Made by a program: the position numbers and the translations under genes. A model generated the notes under the pieces. The model was not told where the DNA came from. It made no database searches and saw only the letters and a list, made by a program, of their open reading frames with translations. From NCBI GenBank assembly GCA_030591445.1, contig JAUVBB010000003.1, positions 1 to 53,412 on the forward strand: a DNA stretch of 53,412 bases, written 5' to 3'. The stretch is from Deltaproteobacteria bacterium (GTDB taxonomy: Bacteria > Myxococcota > B64-G9). Of the stretch, positions 28,095 to 37,519 are shown piece by piece. Within the stretch, counting starts at the first letter, position 1. Each line of letters starts with the position of its first letter.

Positions 28095-29978
28095 ATGGCA
28101 TTTAGCGGCAATCTGGAAGATCTGGCAATCGCCGATGTGTTGCAATTGCTTCATGTCTCGAGAAAATCGGGAACGCTGCGTTTGACAGGCCCGGAAGGTG
28201 AAGTTGCCATCGCCTTCAAGGACGGGGATGTTATCGGTGCCAATCATCCTTCCAAAAAAATCAACATCGGTGGAATTCTTGTAAAGCGTGGAGACGTGAC
28301 CGAACAAGACATTGACCAGGCAGTGGCCCAACAGCAAGAGGCGGGACAACAGCGCCGGCCTTTGTTGGCTACCTTGGTCGCAATGGGCTGTGTGGATGAA
28401 AAAAAGGGTTGGCGGGCACTGGAAAATCTTATCGAAGAGACCTTGATTGAAATCGTGGCCTGGCGATCGGGAGAGTTTGGCTTCGAAGTAGATAATATTG
28501 AGGTTTTCGATGAGTTTCGGCATTTTCCCGAGAGTATGTCTCCCATGATGCCGATGGATACCCAGAGACTGCTCATGGATGCCATTCGCATTCTGGACGA
28601 ACGCAACCAGGGGGCTCCGGTGTGTTCCTTGGCTACCGAAGACGAGTTGCCATCCAACTCGGATCCTGAACCAGAACCAGAACCAGTACCTAAGCCAAGG
28701 CCGGAACCAGAATCTGAACCTGACTGCGTGCCCATGGAACTATGGGCAGAAGAGGAGACGGACACTAGCTACGTCGTGCAAGCCATGACGGCGCCGGAGC
28801 AAGCGCAGGAAAAACCTACGGCGGCACAGATCCTATCAGAAGTGAGTCCGATGGACGCCGACAAGTTACTTTCTTCGATGGAAGTGAGCGACCAGCCGAC
28901 CGATAATAGAAGCCGCGCCGATCGTAAAGTGACGGTTTTTTGTCAGGACGGCTTCGTTAAACACTCCTTGCATACGGTAGGCAAAGGGGAAGGCATCGAG
29001 ATTTTCACCACGGAAATTGATCGGGACATTCTCCGGCGTCTGGATGGTTGGATTCGAGACGACAAGTTGCCGGTACTGGTTGCCGACATGTCCGTAGCTG
29101 CCAATGGTGAACAGTGGTTGCGAAAAGGAAAACGTTTGTTACAAAGAGCCCAAAATCTGCATTCCGAAGTGACTGTGGTTGTGCTAACCGACGGCGGGAT
29201 GGAGGCACAGAAGAAGGCATTTTCTCTGGGGGCCAAGACGGTGCTGGTCCGCCCGGTGAGAAGCGAACAAGCCGACCAATACGTAGTGCAGATGAAAACA
29301 TTTTTTCAGGTGCTGATCGCTTGTTTCAACTCGGCCTTCGGCCAACGAGATGCCATGGTGCGGAGAGTAGCCCAATGCATGCAGCAGATGGCCATGCTGC
29401 GCCAACGCGTCAATGAGATCCAGTGGGGCGGCGAAGAGTCGCCCGAGATTTCCTTGGTGGTATTAAAGTACGTGGCCGATTTCCTGGACCGCTGCATCAT
29501 ATTCCTGGTGCGTCGGGGTGATCTCATTGGCCTGGGTGCCTTTGGAGTGGATGATTGTGGCGAAACGCTGTCTTCCGCCGTGGTGAAGCTTAAAATTCCG
29601 CTGGCCGAAACATCCATTCTTAAGGATGTGGTGGAAGGGGGAATGGTGTTCCAGGGTGTCTGCCATGATCCATTGCTCTACGATCGCTTATATAAAAACA
29701 TCGGAGCTCCGGCCAGCCCGGAAGTGGTGTTGTTGCCCCTGAAAACCTCCGAAAGCACCGTAGCTTTGATCTACGGCGATTTCGGCCCTTATCCAGCAGC
29801 CCCGGTGCAAACCGATGCCTTGGAAATCATGGCTTGCCAGGCAGGGATGGCTTTTCAGATTGCCCTGTTGCGCAGAAGTGTTGATGCCGGCAAATTGAAA
29901 CCAGAAAAAAAAGAAACGAAAACGGTGAAACTCGCCCGTGATAAGGACCAGCGGGATAATAGTTTGGGGGTCCAATGA
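28095..29978 (+). CDS. DUF4388/PATAN protein with EP-rich linker, degenerate receiver-like domain and C-terminal GAF-like domain
   Basis: FSGNLEDLAIADVLQLL..SRKSGTL...W.SGEF.F...LLMDAIRILDE; VLLPL...VALIYGD GAF-like end. Confidence 0.8.
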   Translation: MAFSGNLEDLAIADVLQLLHVSRKSGTLRLTGPEGEVAIAFKDGDVIGANHPSKKINIGGILVKRGDVTEQDIDQAVAQQQEAGQQRRPLLATLVAMGCVDEKKGWRALENLIEETLIEIVAWRSGEFGFEVDNIEVFDEFRHFPESMSPMMPMDTQRLLMDAIRILDERNQGAPVCSLATEDELPSNSDPEPEPEPVPKPRPEPESEPDCVPMELWAEEETDTSYVVQAMTAPEQAQEKPTAAQILSEVSPMDADKLLSSMEVSDQPTDNRSRADRKVTVFCQDGFVKHSLHTVGKGEGIEIFTTEIDRDILRRLDGWIRDDKLPVLVADMSVAANGEQWLRKGKRLLQRAQNLHSEVTVVVLTDGGMEAQKKAFSLGAKTVLVRPVRSEQADQYVVQMKTFFQVLIACFNSAFGQRDAMVRRVAQCMQQMAMLRQRVNEIQWGGEESPEISLVVLKYVADFLDRCIIFLVRRGDLIGLGAFGVDDCGETLSSAVVKLKIPLAETSILKDVVEGGMVFQGVCHDPLLYDRLYKNIGAPASPEVVLLPLKTSESTVALIYGDFGPYPAAPVQTDALEIMACQAGMAFQIALLRRSVDAGKLKPEKKETKTVKLARDKDQRDNSLGVQ

Positions 29979-30784
29979 GCAAGGAAAGAAGAGAATTTCC
30001 CCGGATCGAGCGCGTGCTCAAGGTTAGCTACCAGGACTCCAAGGCCTTGGCTGATTACACCGAGAACTTCAGCGAAGAGGGCGTGTTCATCAATACCGAA
30101 CAAGAATTGGCAATCGGAACCCCCATTGTTTTCGAAGTCTCCATGCCCGGACTCATCCAGCCACTGCAACTTAAGGGAGAAGTGGCCTGGTGCCGACCGG
30201 CGCGAAGTGTCGACGATGCTCAGTCAGCGGGGGTAGGAATCCGGCTTAAATTTGACCAGGAGATGACCCGGGAACGAGTGGGGCAGTTGCTGCGGCAATC
30301 CGATTGCCAGGGCAAGGAATCGGGGCCACGCCAGAGCCAGGAAAAGTGCATCATCTTGCTCGCCGAGGACAATAGCTGGACCAAAGATTTGTTTCTGCAT
30401 GCGCTTAAGTATCGTACCGGCCTGGATCTCAATCAACTTGAAATCCTTGACGTGAGCAATGCCGAAGAGGCTTGGAAACTGCTGCAGAACCAGGAGTTGA
30501 ATCTGGTGATCATCGAGTGGAGATTGTGTCGAAATCCTGATTACAACATCCTGCAATTGGTTCGTTCTCAGAACCGCCCAGGCGCGCTGAGCGTGGTCGT
30601 AGTAGGTGGAAGCGATGAGGAACGAGGCCAGGCCTTGGCTGCCGGGGCTGATGTTTATTTGCGCCGACCCATCCCCGCCAAAGGTCTGATAAACACCGTT
30701 TGCTCCCTTTTGGGTTTCGAACAAAAAAGAGCAGCCAAGAATCCAATCAGCGATTCCTTGACACCCGACGGCTTCGCCTGCTAA
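29975..30784 (+). CDS. PilZ (TIGR02266-like) + atypical receiver protein
   Basis: REFPR, NFSEEG, GEVAW, GVGIR; receiver with Asp-to-Glu (VIIEW) and Lys-to-Arg (RRP); ATGA overlap with the previous gene. Confidence 0.82.
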   Translation: MSKERREFPRIERVLKVSYQDSKALADYTENFSEEGVFINTEQELAIGTPIVFEVSMPGLIQPLQLKGEVAWCRPARSVDDAQSAGVGIRLKFDQEMTRERVGQLLRQSDCQGKESGPRQSQEKCIILLAEDNSWTKDLFLHALKYRTGLDLNQLEILDVSNAEEAWKLLQNQELNLVIIEWRLCRNPDYNILQLVRSQNRPGALSVVVVGGSDEERGQALAAGADVYLRRPIPAKGLINTVCSLLGFEQKRAAKNPISDSLTPDGFAC

Positions 30785-30827
30785 ATTGAAACCACTGTAA
30801 AAACCTTGTTTTCAAGGACGTTTAGGC

Positions 30828-32411
30828 ATGTTTCAGCCTGTTCATTTCGGAAAATATTACCTCTATGAGCGCTTGGCTGTGGGCGGTATGGCCGAGATCT
30901 ACAAGGCCAAACTGTACGGCGTTGATGGTTTCGAAAAGAACATGGTGGTCAAACAGATTCTGACCCAATACGCCCGTCATGAAGAGTTTGTGCAGATGTT
31001 CGTCGATGAGGCCAAAATCTGCGTTTCTTTGTCTCATGGCAATATTGTTCCGGTCTACGAACTGGGACAAATAGAAGATATCTACTTCATTGCCATGGAT
31101 TGGGTCGATGGCAAGAACCTGGGCGAATTACTCGATGCCGGGCTCGACCGTGAAATGCCTCTGTCCGTGCCCCATGCTTTGTACATCACCAGTGAGATTC
31201 TGGCCGGTCTCGATTATGCCCACCGCAAGACCGATGAGCATGGCGAGGCGCTGCACATTGTCCACCGCGATGTCTCTCCCCAAAATGTGATCATCTCCTT
31301 CGAAGGCGAGGTCAAAATCGTCGATTTTGGTATCGCCCGGGCCGCCACCAAGGCCCACGCTACCGAAGCCGGAGTCATCAAGGGAAAATTCGGTTACATG
31401 TCGCCCGAGCAGGCCCAGGGCAAAGAGGTCGATGGTCGCTCTGATGTTTTTGCCACTGGTATCCTGCTCTATGAAATGTTGACCTTGGAACGCTTGTTTC
31501 ATAGCGATAGCTCTGTGTTCACCCTAGAGCGGGTCAAGCGGGCCGACATTCCTACTCCCTCGCGCACCAATCCCAAACTTCCGCCTCAACTCGATGCCAT
31601 CGTATTTAAGGCCTTGGAGCGAAATTCACGCAAACGCTACCAATCGGCCGGGGAAATGCGCAAAGACATCAACAAATTTCTGTTCCAGCTGGAACAAGAA
31701 GCATCTGCCAATACCGTGACTACCTACATGCAGGGGCTTTTCTCCGAGGAGTTGGTGAAGCGCAAGCGGCAAGGACCACTACCGCGTCCTCTGCCACCTG
31801 CCGCCGCGGTACCGGTAGCTGCGCAGGCTCCGGTCGATGCACCTTCACCACCAGCGTCAGGACCCGCGGTGACGGCTCCGGCGGGTCCACAAGATTTGTT
31901 CGGGGCAAGTTCGGTTGCCTCGTCGGCGGTAGATATTGGCGAGCTCGAAACCATGGAGGAATCACGGCTTGATATGGGTGTGGCCGAGGAACCGCTCGAC
32001 CTCGATTTTACCTATGGGGGCGCGGCCAAGCGGGCCAAGTGGTTGGTGATATCTTTAGTGCTGGCTGCTTTGGTTCTGGGTTATGTCTTTTTGCGCGCGC
32101 CGATTTCCAGCATGTTTTCAACCATGGGTCGCGTGGTCGATGAATCTTCTGCGCGATTGGCCCAGAAGGATTTGGGTACCATTCTGGTACGCAGCCAACC
32201 CTCCGGTGCCGCCGTCTATTTTGGCAACCGGAAAATTGGCAGCACCAACATGAGAATCAGGAAAATCGACCCGGAAATCGAGTATGAGCTGGTTTTGACC
32301 ATGGAAGGCTATCCGCCCTGGGCTCGAAAGATACTGCCCTCGGATTGGCGGCAAAATAAAAAAATGGAAATTCAGATTTTCAAGGACTGGGCGGCAGACA
32401 GTCTTCATTGA
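30828..32411 (+). CDS. Membrane Ser/Thr protein kinase with PEGA-like extracytoplasmic domain
   Basis: AVGGMAEIY, HRDVSPQN, DFGIA, KGKFGYMSPEQ; TM; VRSQPSGAAVY PEGA-like motif. Confidence 0.92.
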   Translation: MFQPVHFGKYYLYERLAVGGMAEIYKAKLYGVDGFEKNMVVKQILTQYARHEEFVQMFVDEAKICVSLSHGNIVPVYELGQIEDIYFIAMDWVDGKNLGELLDAGLDREMPLSVPHALYITSEILAGLDYAHRKTDEHGEALHIVHRDVSPQNVIISFEGEVKIVDFGIARAATKAHATEAGVIKGKFGYMSPEQAQGKEVDGRSDVFATGILLYEMLTLERLFHSDSSVFTLERVKRADIPTPSRTNPKLPPQLDAIVFKALERNSRKRYQSAGEMRKDINKFLFQLEQEASANTVTTYMQGLFSEELVKRKRQGPLPRPLPPAAAVPVAAQAPVDAPSPPASGPAVTAPAGPQDLFGASSVASSAVDIGELETMEESRLDMGVAEEPLDLDFTYGGAAKRAKWLVISLVLAALVLGYVFLRAPISSMFSTMGRVVDESSARLAQKDLGTILVRSQPSGAAVYFGNRKIGSTNMRIRKIDPEIEYELVLTMEGYPPWARKILPSDWRQNKKMEIQIFKDWAADSLH

Positions 32412-33247
32412 GGAACTCGTTAGATATGGCAAGCAAACTTCACAAAGCACAGGACCAACTCGAGCAACTCCTTCGCGACCTTGGTCAAAAAGCGCAAATG
32501 TTGGGGCTTTTCGACCAAGGCGATCCGGCCCGGGTGGCAGCCTACCAGGAGGCCGAGCAAGCAAATGCCGATCGGCAAACCGAATTGGATTTCATCCTGG
32601 CGGAAATCAGCGAGGAGGAGCGGGACCGGGAGGAACGAAAAAGGGCGTTGCAGGTTGAGATCTCACAAATGAAGGTTTCAAAGGATAAACTCAACATAAC
32701 CAAAAGCGTAAAACGGGGCAAAGTGGGCGGACTGGAAAAAAAATTGGCCGGGCTCGAATACGACTTTAAATTCGAGCAACGGGAATTGGCCGACGAGCTT
32801 CACAAGCAGAAAAAACAACAGGAACGGGAGAACCCGGACCGGGTGAAATATCACACCAGCAATATCAAGCGCATGAAGTTGAAGATGTTGAAGCAAACCA
32901 AGGAAATGGAATCATTGCGCCGCCAGATAGATAAATTTGAACAGCCGGCCCAAGAATTAGAGCAACAAAAAAGTTCGACCAAAGAGCGCATTCACGATCT
33001 GCGCGACGAGTTAGCCCGGCTGGGCAAAGAGGGAAGCACCAAGGAGAATCCCTCGGTACTGGAGCAGCAAAAAGTGGGGAAGGACAAGGAAGTCAGGCGC
33101 TCCGGTCTGCACCAGCTTAGTTGTCTGGCTGATGTGGCCGAGAGCTTGTATGACCGCCGCCTTGACCATCCGGTCTTACGCAAGTATTACCGAGATATTG
33201 AGCGGGTCGTCGAGCTGATAGATGACCTTCAGGAGCCTTTCTCATGA
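32408..33247 (+). CDS. Hypothetical coiled-coil protein
   Basis: E/K/Q/R-rich heptads; 4-bp overlaps with both neighbours. Confidence 0.75.
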   Translation: MRNSLDMASKLHKAQDQLEQLLRDLGQKAQMLGLFDQGDPARVAAYQEAEQANADRQTELDFILAEISEEERDREERKRALQVEISQMKVSKDKLNITKSVKRGKVGGLEKKLAGLEYDFKFEQRELADELHKQKKQQERENPDRVKYHTSNIKRMKLKMLKQTKEMESLRRQIDKFEQPAQELEQQKSSTKERIHDLRDELARLGKEGSTKENPSVLEQQKVGKDKEVRRSGLHQLSCLADVAESLYDRRLDHPVLRKYYRDIERVVELIDDLQEPFS

Positions 33248-34860
33248 GCAGCCAAAAACTGAAAAATATCAGGCCAGTGGGGGCGGTTTGCTTGCTGGCG
33301 ATCATGCTCTGCGCTTGTTCCGAGCAAGCCCCCAACGCCGATCGGCCTTGGTTCGTGCTGTTGGATCTTGCCCCCAACGCGACCACTGCCGAAAATCTGG
33401 CCGAAGACTTGGAAGAACGATTTGAAGAGAAACTAGCTGGTTGCTCGGCTTTGCGCGTACGTGACCAGGGGGTGGTGCTTCACTGGGTGGTAAGCCGCGG
33501 ATTGTCCTCGGAGCAAGCCGGAAAGGATTTGGTTGCCCAACTTTCGGGTGCTACGCCTACTCGCTTACCGGTTCTGAACGTCAATTCTATCGAACGCCTG
33601 GCAGAAGAAGAAGGGCAGGAGGTAAGCGTCCCGGAAGAAGCGTCCGCCCTCGAAGAGTTGGCGGCTTTACTGCCCACTCCCGGGCAAGAACAACTTGGCT
33701 CCTTTCTGCTGGTACCGGCAAGCAAACGCCCGGCCGCCGCGACTATCTCATTTGGGCGCGTGGGACCTGCTTCCTGGACCAAGGCATTCGGAGCGCTTGG
33801 TTTGTCTGCCACCGCCGAGGCGGTCTACCGCGACACCGTCGGACCCCTGGGCAATGAGGTCTGGGTGTACGTCGGGCTGATGCCCGAGGGCAGCGGGGGG
33901 CAAGACTGGTTGCCCCGGATCCACCAGTTTTTGCTCGACCATCAGGTGCCTAGCGCAGAAGAGTTTGAAAAAGCACACCTAGAAGAACAGGAGAAGAAAA
34001 AGAAAAAGCGCCGTCGGCGCAGAAAATCCAAAAAACGATCGCGGCGAAAGAAGGCAAGGCCTCGAAAAATAGAGGCACCGACACCAGTGGTGGCGAAGGT
34101 GGAGTTGCCTATCGCCCTGAAGCGCTGGATGCCCTGGGGTGAGAGCCAAGTGTATCAAATGGATCGAATCGGCTGGGTGCAGCGGTCGAAGGCCACCACC
34201 AAAACTACCACTCGCAGCGCATTGTTTGGCCTGGGGCCAGAAGGTCGTGCCGTCGTCCTGGTGCTGGCACAGGACCCCGACTTGGCCGCCCGCTTGTTGA
34301 CTCCCTTTGGCCTGGGAGAATGCCACGGAATCAATCTCACCTCGGCCATGCTGGGTTCTTTTATGGTCGTACCCGAGGTGGGGGTGGAGGGGGAAGTCTT
34401 GGACTTTCTTGGGGCTCAAAGCTTTCGGCGCTGGTTGCCCAGGTCATTGCGCCGGCAGGGATGGGCCAAAGCGCATCTGGGGAGAATGGTTACCAAGGCT
34501 GCCTACCGTTCCCCCAAGGGTGGATGGCGGGTGAGTTGGGTTGATTTTGACTCTACATCCGCAGCGGAGCAAGTACTAAACGAGGCCTATATCGAGCCCA
34601 GAAAAAGTGTGCTCCAGTCGGTACTCAAGAGCAAAAGAAGTGTGCACTACGATGTGGGATTGCGGATAGTTGAAGTAGGCGATGTTCAAGGCTGGTTTCT
34701 GAAAGGCGCCCGCGGAGGCCGACTGCAAGAACTATACTTCCAGGCCGGCACGCGAGTGGTCCTCATGCAGACCGCGCAAAGAAAGAAGGATGGATTTGAA
34801 GTGGATGACTTGTTGGCCCGGGCAGAGCTGCTCCAAATTTGGGCCGAAGATCCGCAGTAA
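33244..34860 (+). CDS. Hypothetical lipoprotein with central polybasic tract
   Basis: MLCAC lipobox-like motif; KKKKKRRRRRKSKKRSRRKKARPRK insert. Confidence 0.72.
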   Translation: MSSQKLKNIRPVGAVCLLAIMLCACSEQAPNADRPWFVLLDLAPNATTAENLAEDLEERFEEKLAGCSALRVRDQGVVLHWVVSRGLSSEQAGKDLVAQLSGATPTRLPVLNVNSIERLAEEEGQEVSVPEEASALEELAALLPTPGQEQLGSFLLVPASKRPAAATISFGRVGPASWTKAFGALGLSATAEAVYRDTVGPLGNEVWVYVGLMPEGSGGQDWLPRIHQFLLDHQVPSAEEFEKAHLEEQEKKKKKRRRRRKSKKRSRRKKARPRKIEAPTPVVAKVELPIALKRWMPWGESQVYQMDRIGWVQRSKATTKTTTRSALFGLGPEGRAVVLVLAQDPDLAARLLTPFGLGECHGINLTSAMLGSFMVVPEVGVEGEVLDFLGAQSFRRWLPRSLRRQGWAKAHLGRMVTKAAYRSPKGGWRVSWVDFDSTSAAEQVLNEAYIEPRKSVLQSVLKSKRSVHYDVGLRIVEVGDVQGWFLKGARGGRLQELYFQAGTRVVLMQTAQRKKDGFEVDDLLARAELLQIWAEDPQ

Positions 34861-34902
34861 ATTTCCTCTTCAAAAAAACCAGAGAAAAAGGGCAAAAAGT
34901 CC

Positions 34903-34930
34903 TTGATTTCCTTCAGAAGCTTGATAGAAT
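34903..34930 (+). promoter_or_regulatory. sigma70 promoter for rplC
   Basis: TTGATT-16 bp-TAGAAT with an extended TG before the -10. Confidence 0.55.
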
Positions 34931-34982
34931 GCCGCGTCCCGTTAGGGTGTGTAAATTGTGATTGCTAAGGAGCGATAAAGCC

Positions 34983-35624
34983 ATGTCAGCAGTGATTCTA
35001 GGAAAGAAAAAGGGCACCACGCAGATATTTGACGAAGACGGAAACCGGGTCCCGGTGACCGTGATCGAAGCCGGGCCCTGTGTGGTCACGCAGAAAATGA
35101 CACCTGCCAAGCACAAATACAGCGCGGTTCAGGTTGGTTTTGAAAAGATCCCGGCCCGGAAAGTCAACCAGCCGGGAATGGGCCTGTTCAAAAGCCTGGA
35201 TCTGGCGCCGATGCGCTACCTGCGGGAAATTCGGATGAGCCCCGAAGAGGCAGAGGCACACAAAGTGGGCGACGAAATTACCGTGTCGGTTTTCACCGCG
35301 GGCGAGAAGATCGACGTGATGGCAACCTCAAAAGGATGCGGTTTTCAGGGCGTGGTCAAGCGCTACCACCAGAAAGGCAACACGGCGACTCGTGGTACCC
35401 ATGAAGTGCGCCGTCACCCCGGTTCCATTGGTATGTGCCAGTTTCCCGGCCGCATTTTCAAAGGGACCAGACTCCCTGGGCAAATGGGCAACAAGAGAGT
35501 GACCACCCAGAATCTTCGTTTGGTCAAGATCGACGAAGAACGTAATTTGTTACTGGTTCGGGGCGCCGTCCCCGGCGGCATCAATTCTCTGGTTGTAGTC
35601 AGAACTGCTATCAAAACCCACTGA
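34983..35624 (+). CDS. rplC: 50S ribosomal protein L3
   Basis: ILGKKKGTTQIF...VPVTVI, YSAVQVGF, SKG.GFQGVVKR, R.PGSIG, G.RLPGQMG, LLVRGAVPG; AAGGAG SD before ATG 34983. Confidence 0.97.
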   Translation: MSAVILGKKKGTTQIFDEDGNRVPVTVIEAGPCVVTQKMTPAKHKYSAVQVGFEKIPARKVNQPGMGLFKSLDLAPMRYLREIRMSPEEAEAHKVGDEITVSVFTAGEKIDVMATSKGCGFQGVVKRYHQKGNTATRGTHEVRRHPGSIGMCQFPGRIFKGTRLPGQMGNKRVTTQNLRLVKIDEERNLLLVRGAVPGGINSLVVVRTAIKTH

Positions 35625-35918
35625 CCTACCTGCTGGTAAGATCCTTTTTTTAGCGAACTCGATCGACAGCTCATTCGATCCAGTTGTCCGTTTTGCGCAG
35701 GCGCATTTCTCGTTAGAGCCTTGTTTCATAGCCTCTGGGGCGATTTGTGGGTCGAGGAAAGTGCTTGTAAACAGATGTGGTAGTAGGTGCGAAGTGTAGG
35801 GAATTAGAGGATATTTAGAATTAAAGCCTTGCCTTCTCAGGGCTTCTACTATAGAACGCTGCAGATGGTTTTTACTTCCGCAATACATTCCTTGATACCA
35901 GAGAGAGAGAGTGGATCC

Positions 35919-36680
35919 ATGCGTATCGGACGTTTTGGGAGTGCGCTTTTTGCGGTCTTCTGTCTTCTGTATGGTCCGGCAAATGCTGGAGCAGCAGAAG
36001 CGGATGAACCGATTCTGATGAACAAATTACATGATCTGAGCGGGCGCTTCGAGATTTCGCTGACACCTTCGATGTCAATTCTCGATAAGTACACCCGCCA
36101 CGTCGGCACCTCGTTGGGACTTGGTTACTCCATCAACGACTACCTGGGTGTCGAACTGGATGTGGCGTACAATTTCATCAGCGGCGACCGAAAGCTGCTG
36201 GATGAAATCCTGCGTACCGCAACCACCCTGGATGGCGTCGAGCGTTTGGCCTTGACCGACTTGAAGCACATGACCTGGTCGGCCAGCCTGGGAGTGGTCT
36301 TCAGCCCGTTTTACGGCAAGCTGAACTTCTCCTCCGAGTTCGCGGTGACCATACACTTCTATATGGTGGCCGGCGCCGGAGTGGCCGAGTATCGTTACAG
36401 CGAACTGCGCCACTCGCCGCCCTTCGACCCGCTGTTCGGAGACAATCAGTTCCATAAGCAAGAAGTCACCTATCCCGTCAAACCGACCGGCCATATCGGC
36501 GGCGGCCTGCGTTTTCATTTCAATGAGAACTGGGGCATGAAGGTGGAGATTCGGGACATCCTTTTCTACGACCAGGGCTACAAGGGGCAAATCAACGAGG
36601 GTCTGGGCGTACAAGAGCGAAATATTGATGACTTTGTCCATACCGTGTTTCTGCGGTTGGGGGCATTTTACGCCTTCTAA
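35919..36680 (+). CDS. Outer-membrane beta-barrel protein, GltA/GltB (NfsA/B)-like
   Basis: Signal peptide, GRFEI..TPS.SI.DKY, SPFYGKL, GGGLRF, terminal Phe; position ahead of gltC-H homologs. A versus B not resolved. Confidence 0.8.
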   Translation: MRIGRFGSALFAVFCLLYGPANAGAAEADEPILMNKLHDLSGRFEISLTPSMSILDKYTRHVGTSLGLGYSINDYLGVELDVAYNFISGDRKLLDEILRTATTLDGVERLALTDLKHMTWSASLGVVFSPFYGKLNFSSEFAVTIHFYMVAGAGVAEYRYSELRHSPPFDPLFGDNQFHKQEVTYPVKPTGHIGGGLRFHFNENWGMKVEIRDILFYDQGYKGQINEGLGVQERNIDDFVHTVFLRLGAFYAF

Positions 36681-36714
36681 GGCGTAAACGGTAAGCGGTC
36701 TTCGAGGAGAGGTC

Positions 36715-37479
36715 ATGAAAAATATCATATTTGGCTTGGTTGCCACGCTCCTGATGATGGGCTCTGCCTATGCGCAAAGTCCCAACGAACGCGTGCATGT
36801 GTTGCAAAAACGAAACTATTCGGTAAAAAACAAGACCGAGGTGAGTTTTTTCGGCGGTTTGTCAGTTGATGACACTTTTACCCAGCATTACGCCGGCACC
36901 ATAACCGTCGATTACCATCTCGACGAAGCCTTTGCCATTGAGGCCATGTGGATGACCAGCAAGATCCCCTTTGTCAACGGTGACAAACAAGGGGACGGCT
37001 ACACCGGCGACGGCATTCGCTGGGGTATGGGCTACACCGACGCTCTGGAGAATCTGCGTTCCGCCCAACTCAGCCCGTCCAATGCCGATTTGGCCATGAT
37101 TGGCAATTTCGTGGGCCTGAACGTGCAGTTCAGCCCAATTTACGGAAAGTTCTCTTTCTTCAACATGGGTCTGATTCATACCGACTTCTACGTCACGGCC
37201 GGCGGTGGTTTGGCATCCACCGAGTATCAGCGGCCGGATGATGTTTGGGTGGACACCGGTGTTTACTTCATGGGCGACTTTTGCTTGGGCCTGCGTATCT
37301 TTTTGGAGAGATGGTTCGCCTTGCGCCTGGACGTGAGAGACTTTGTCTTCGCCGCTCGGGTGGAGAATGCGACCCAGACCGGCTTCGATACTAAGATCCG
37401 AAGCACACTCTACGTGATGTTTGGGGTCAGCTTGCTGTTCGGTGGTGAGGATCCGGTGCAAATCTGGAGCCCGTACTGA
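36715..37479 (+). CDS. Outer-membrane beta-barrel protein, GltA/GltB (NfsA/B)-like
   Basis: VLQKR, FSPIYGKFS, DFYVTAGGG, LRLDVRD; paralog of the preceding gene. Confidence 0.8.
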   Translation: MKNIIFGLVATLLMMGSAYAQSPNERVHVLQKRNYSVKNKTEVSFFGGLSVDDTFTQHYAGTITVDYHLDEAFAIEAMWMTSKIPFVNGDKQGDGYTGDGIRWGMGYTDALENLRSAQLSPSNADLAMIGNFVGLNVQFSPIYGKFSFFNMGLIHTDFYVTAGGGLASTEYQRPDDVWVDTGVYFMGDFCLGLRIFLERWFALRLDVRDFVFAARVENATQTGFDTKIRSTLYVMFGVSLLFGGEDPVQIWSPY

Positions 37480-37519
37480 GTGCATGAAAGAACTTCTGGT
37501 AGCTGTGGAGGATTCGAAC

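Noticed and set aside
28665-28722. (CCAGAA)n EP repeat as a phase-variable element
   Set aside because: In-frame 6-bp imperfect linker repeat; a length change would not shift the frame
35900-35911. (AG)6 tract before the first glt-like gene
   Set aside because: Too short to argue for slippage; most likely serves as a purine-rich RBS
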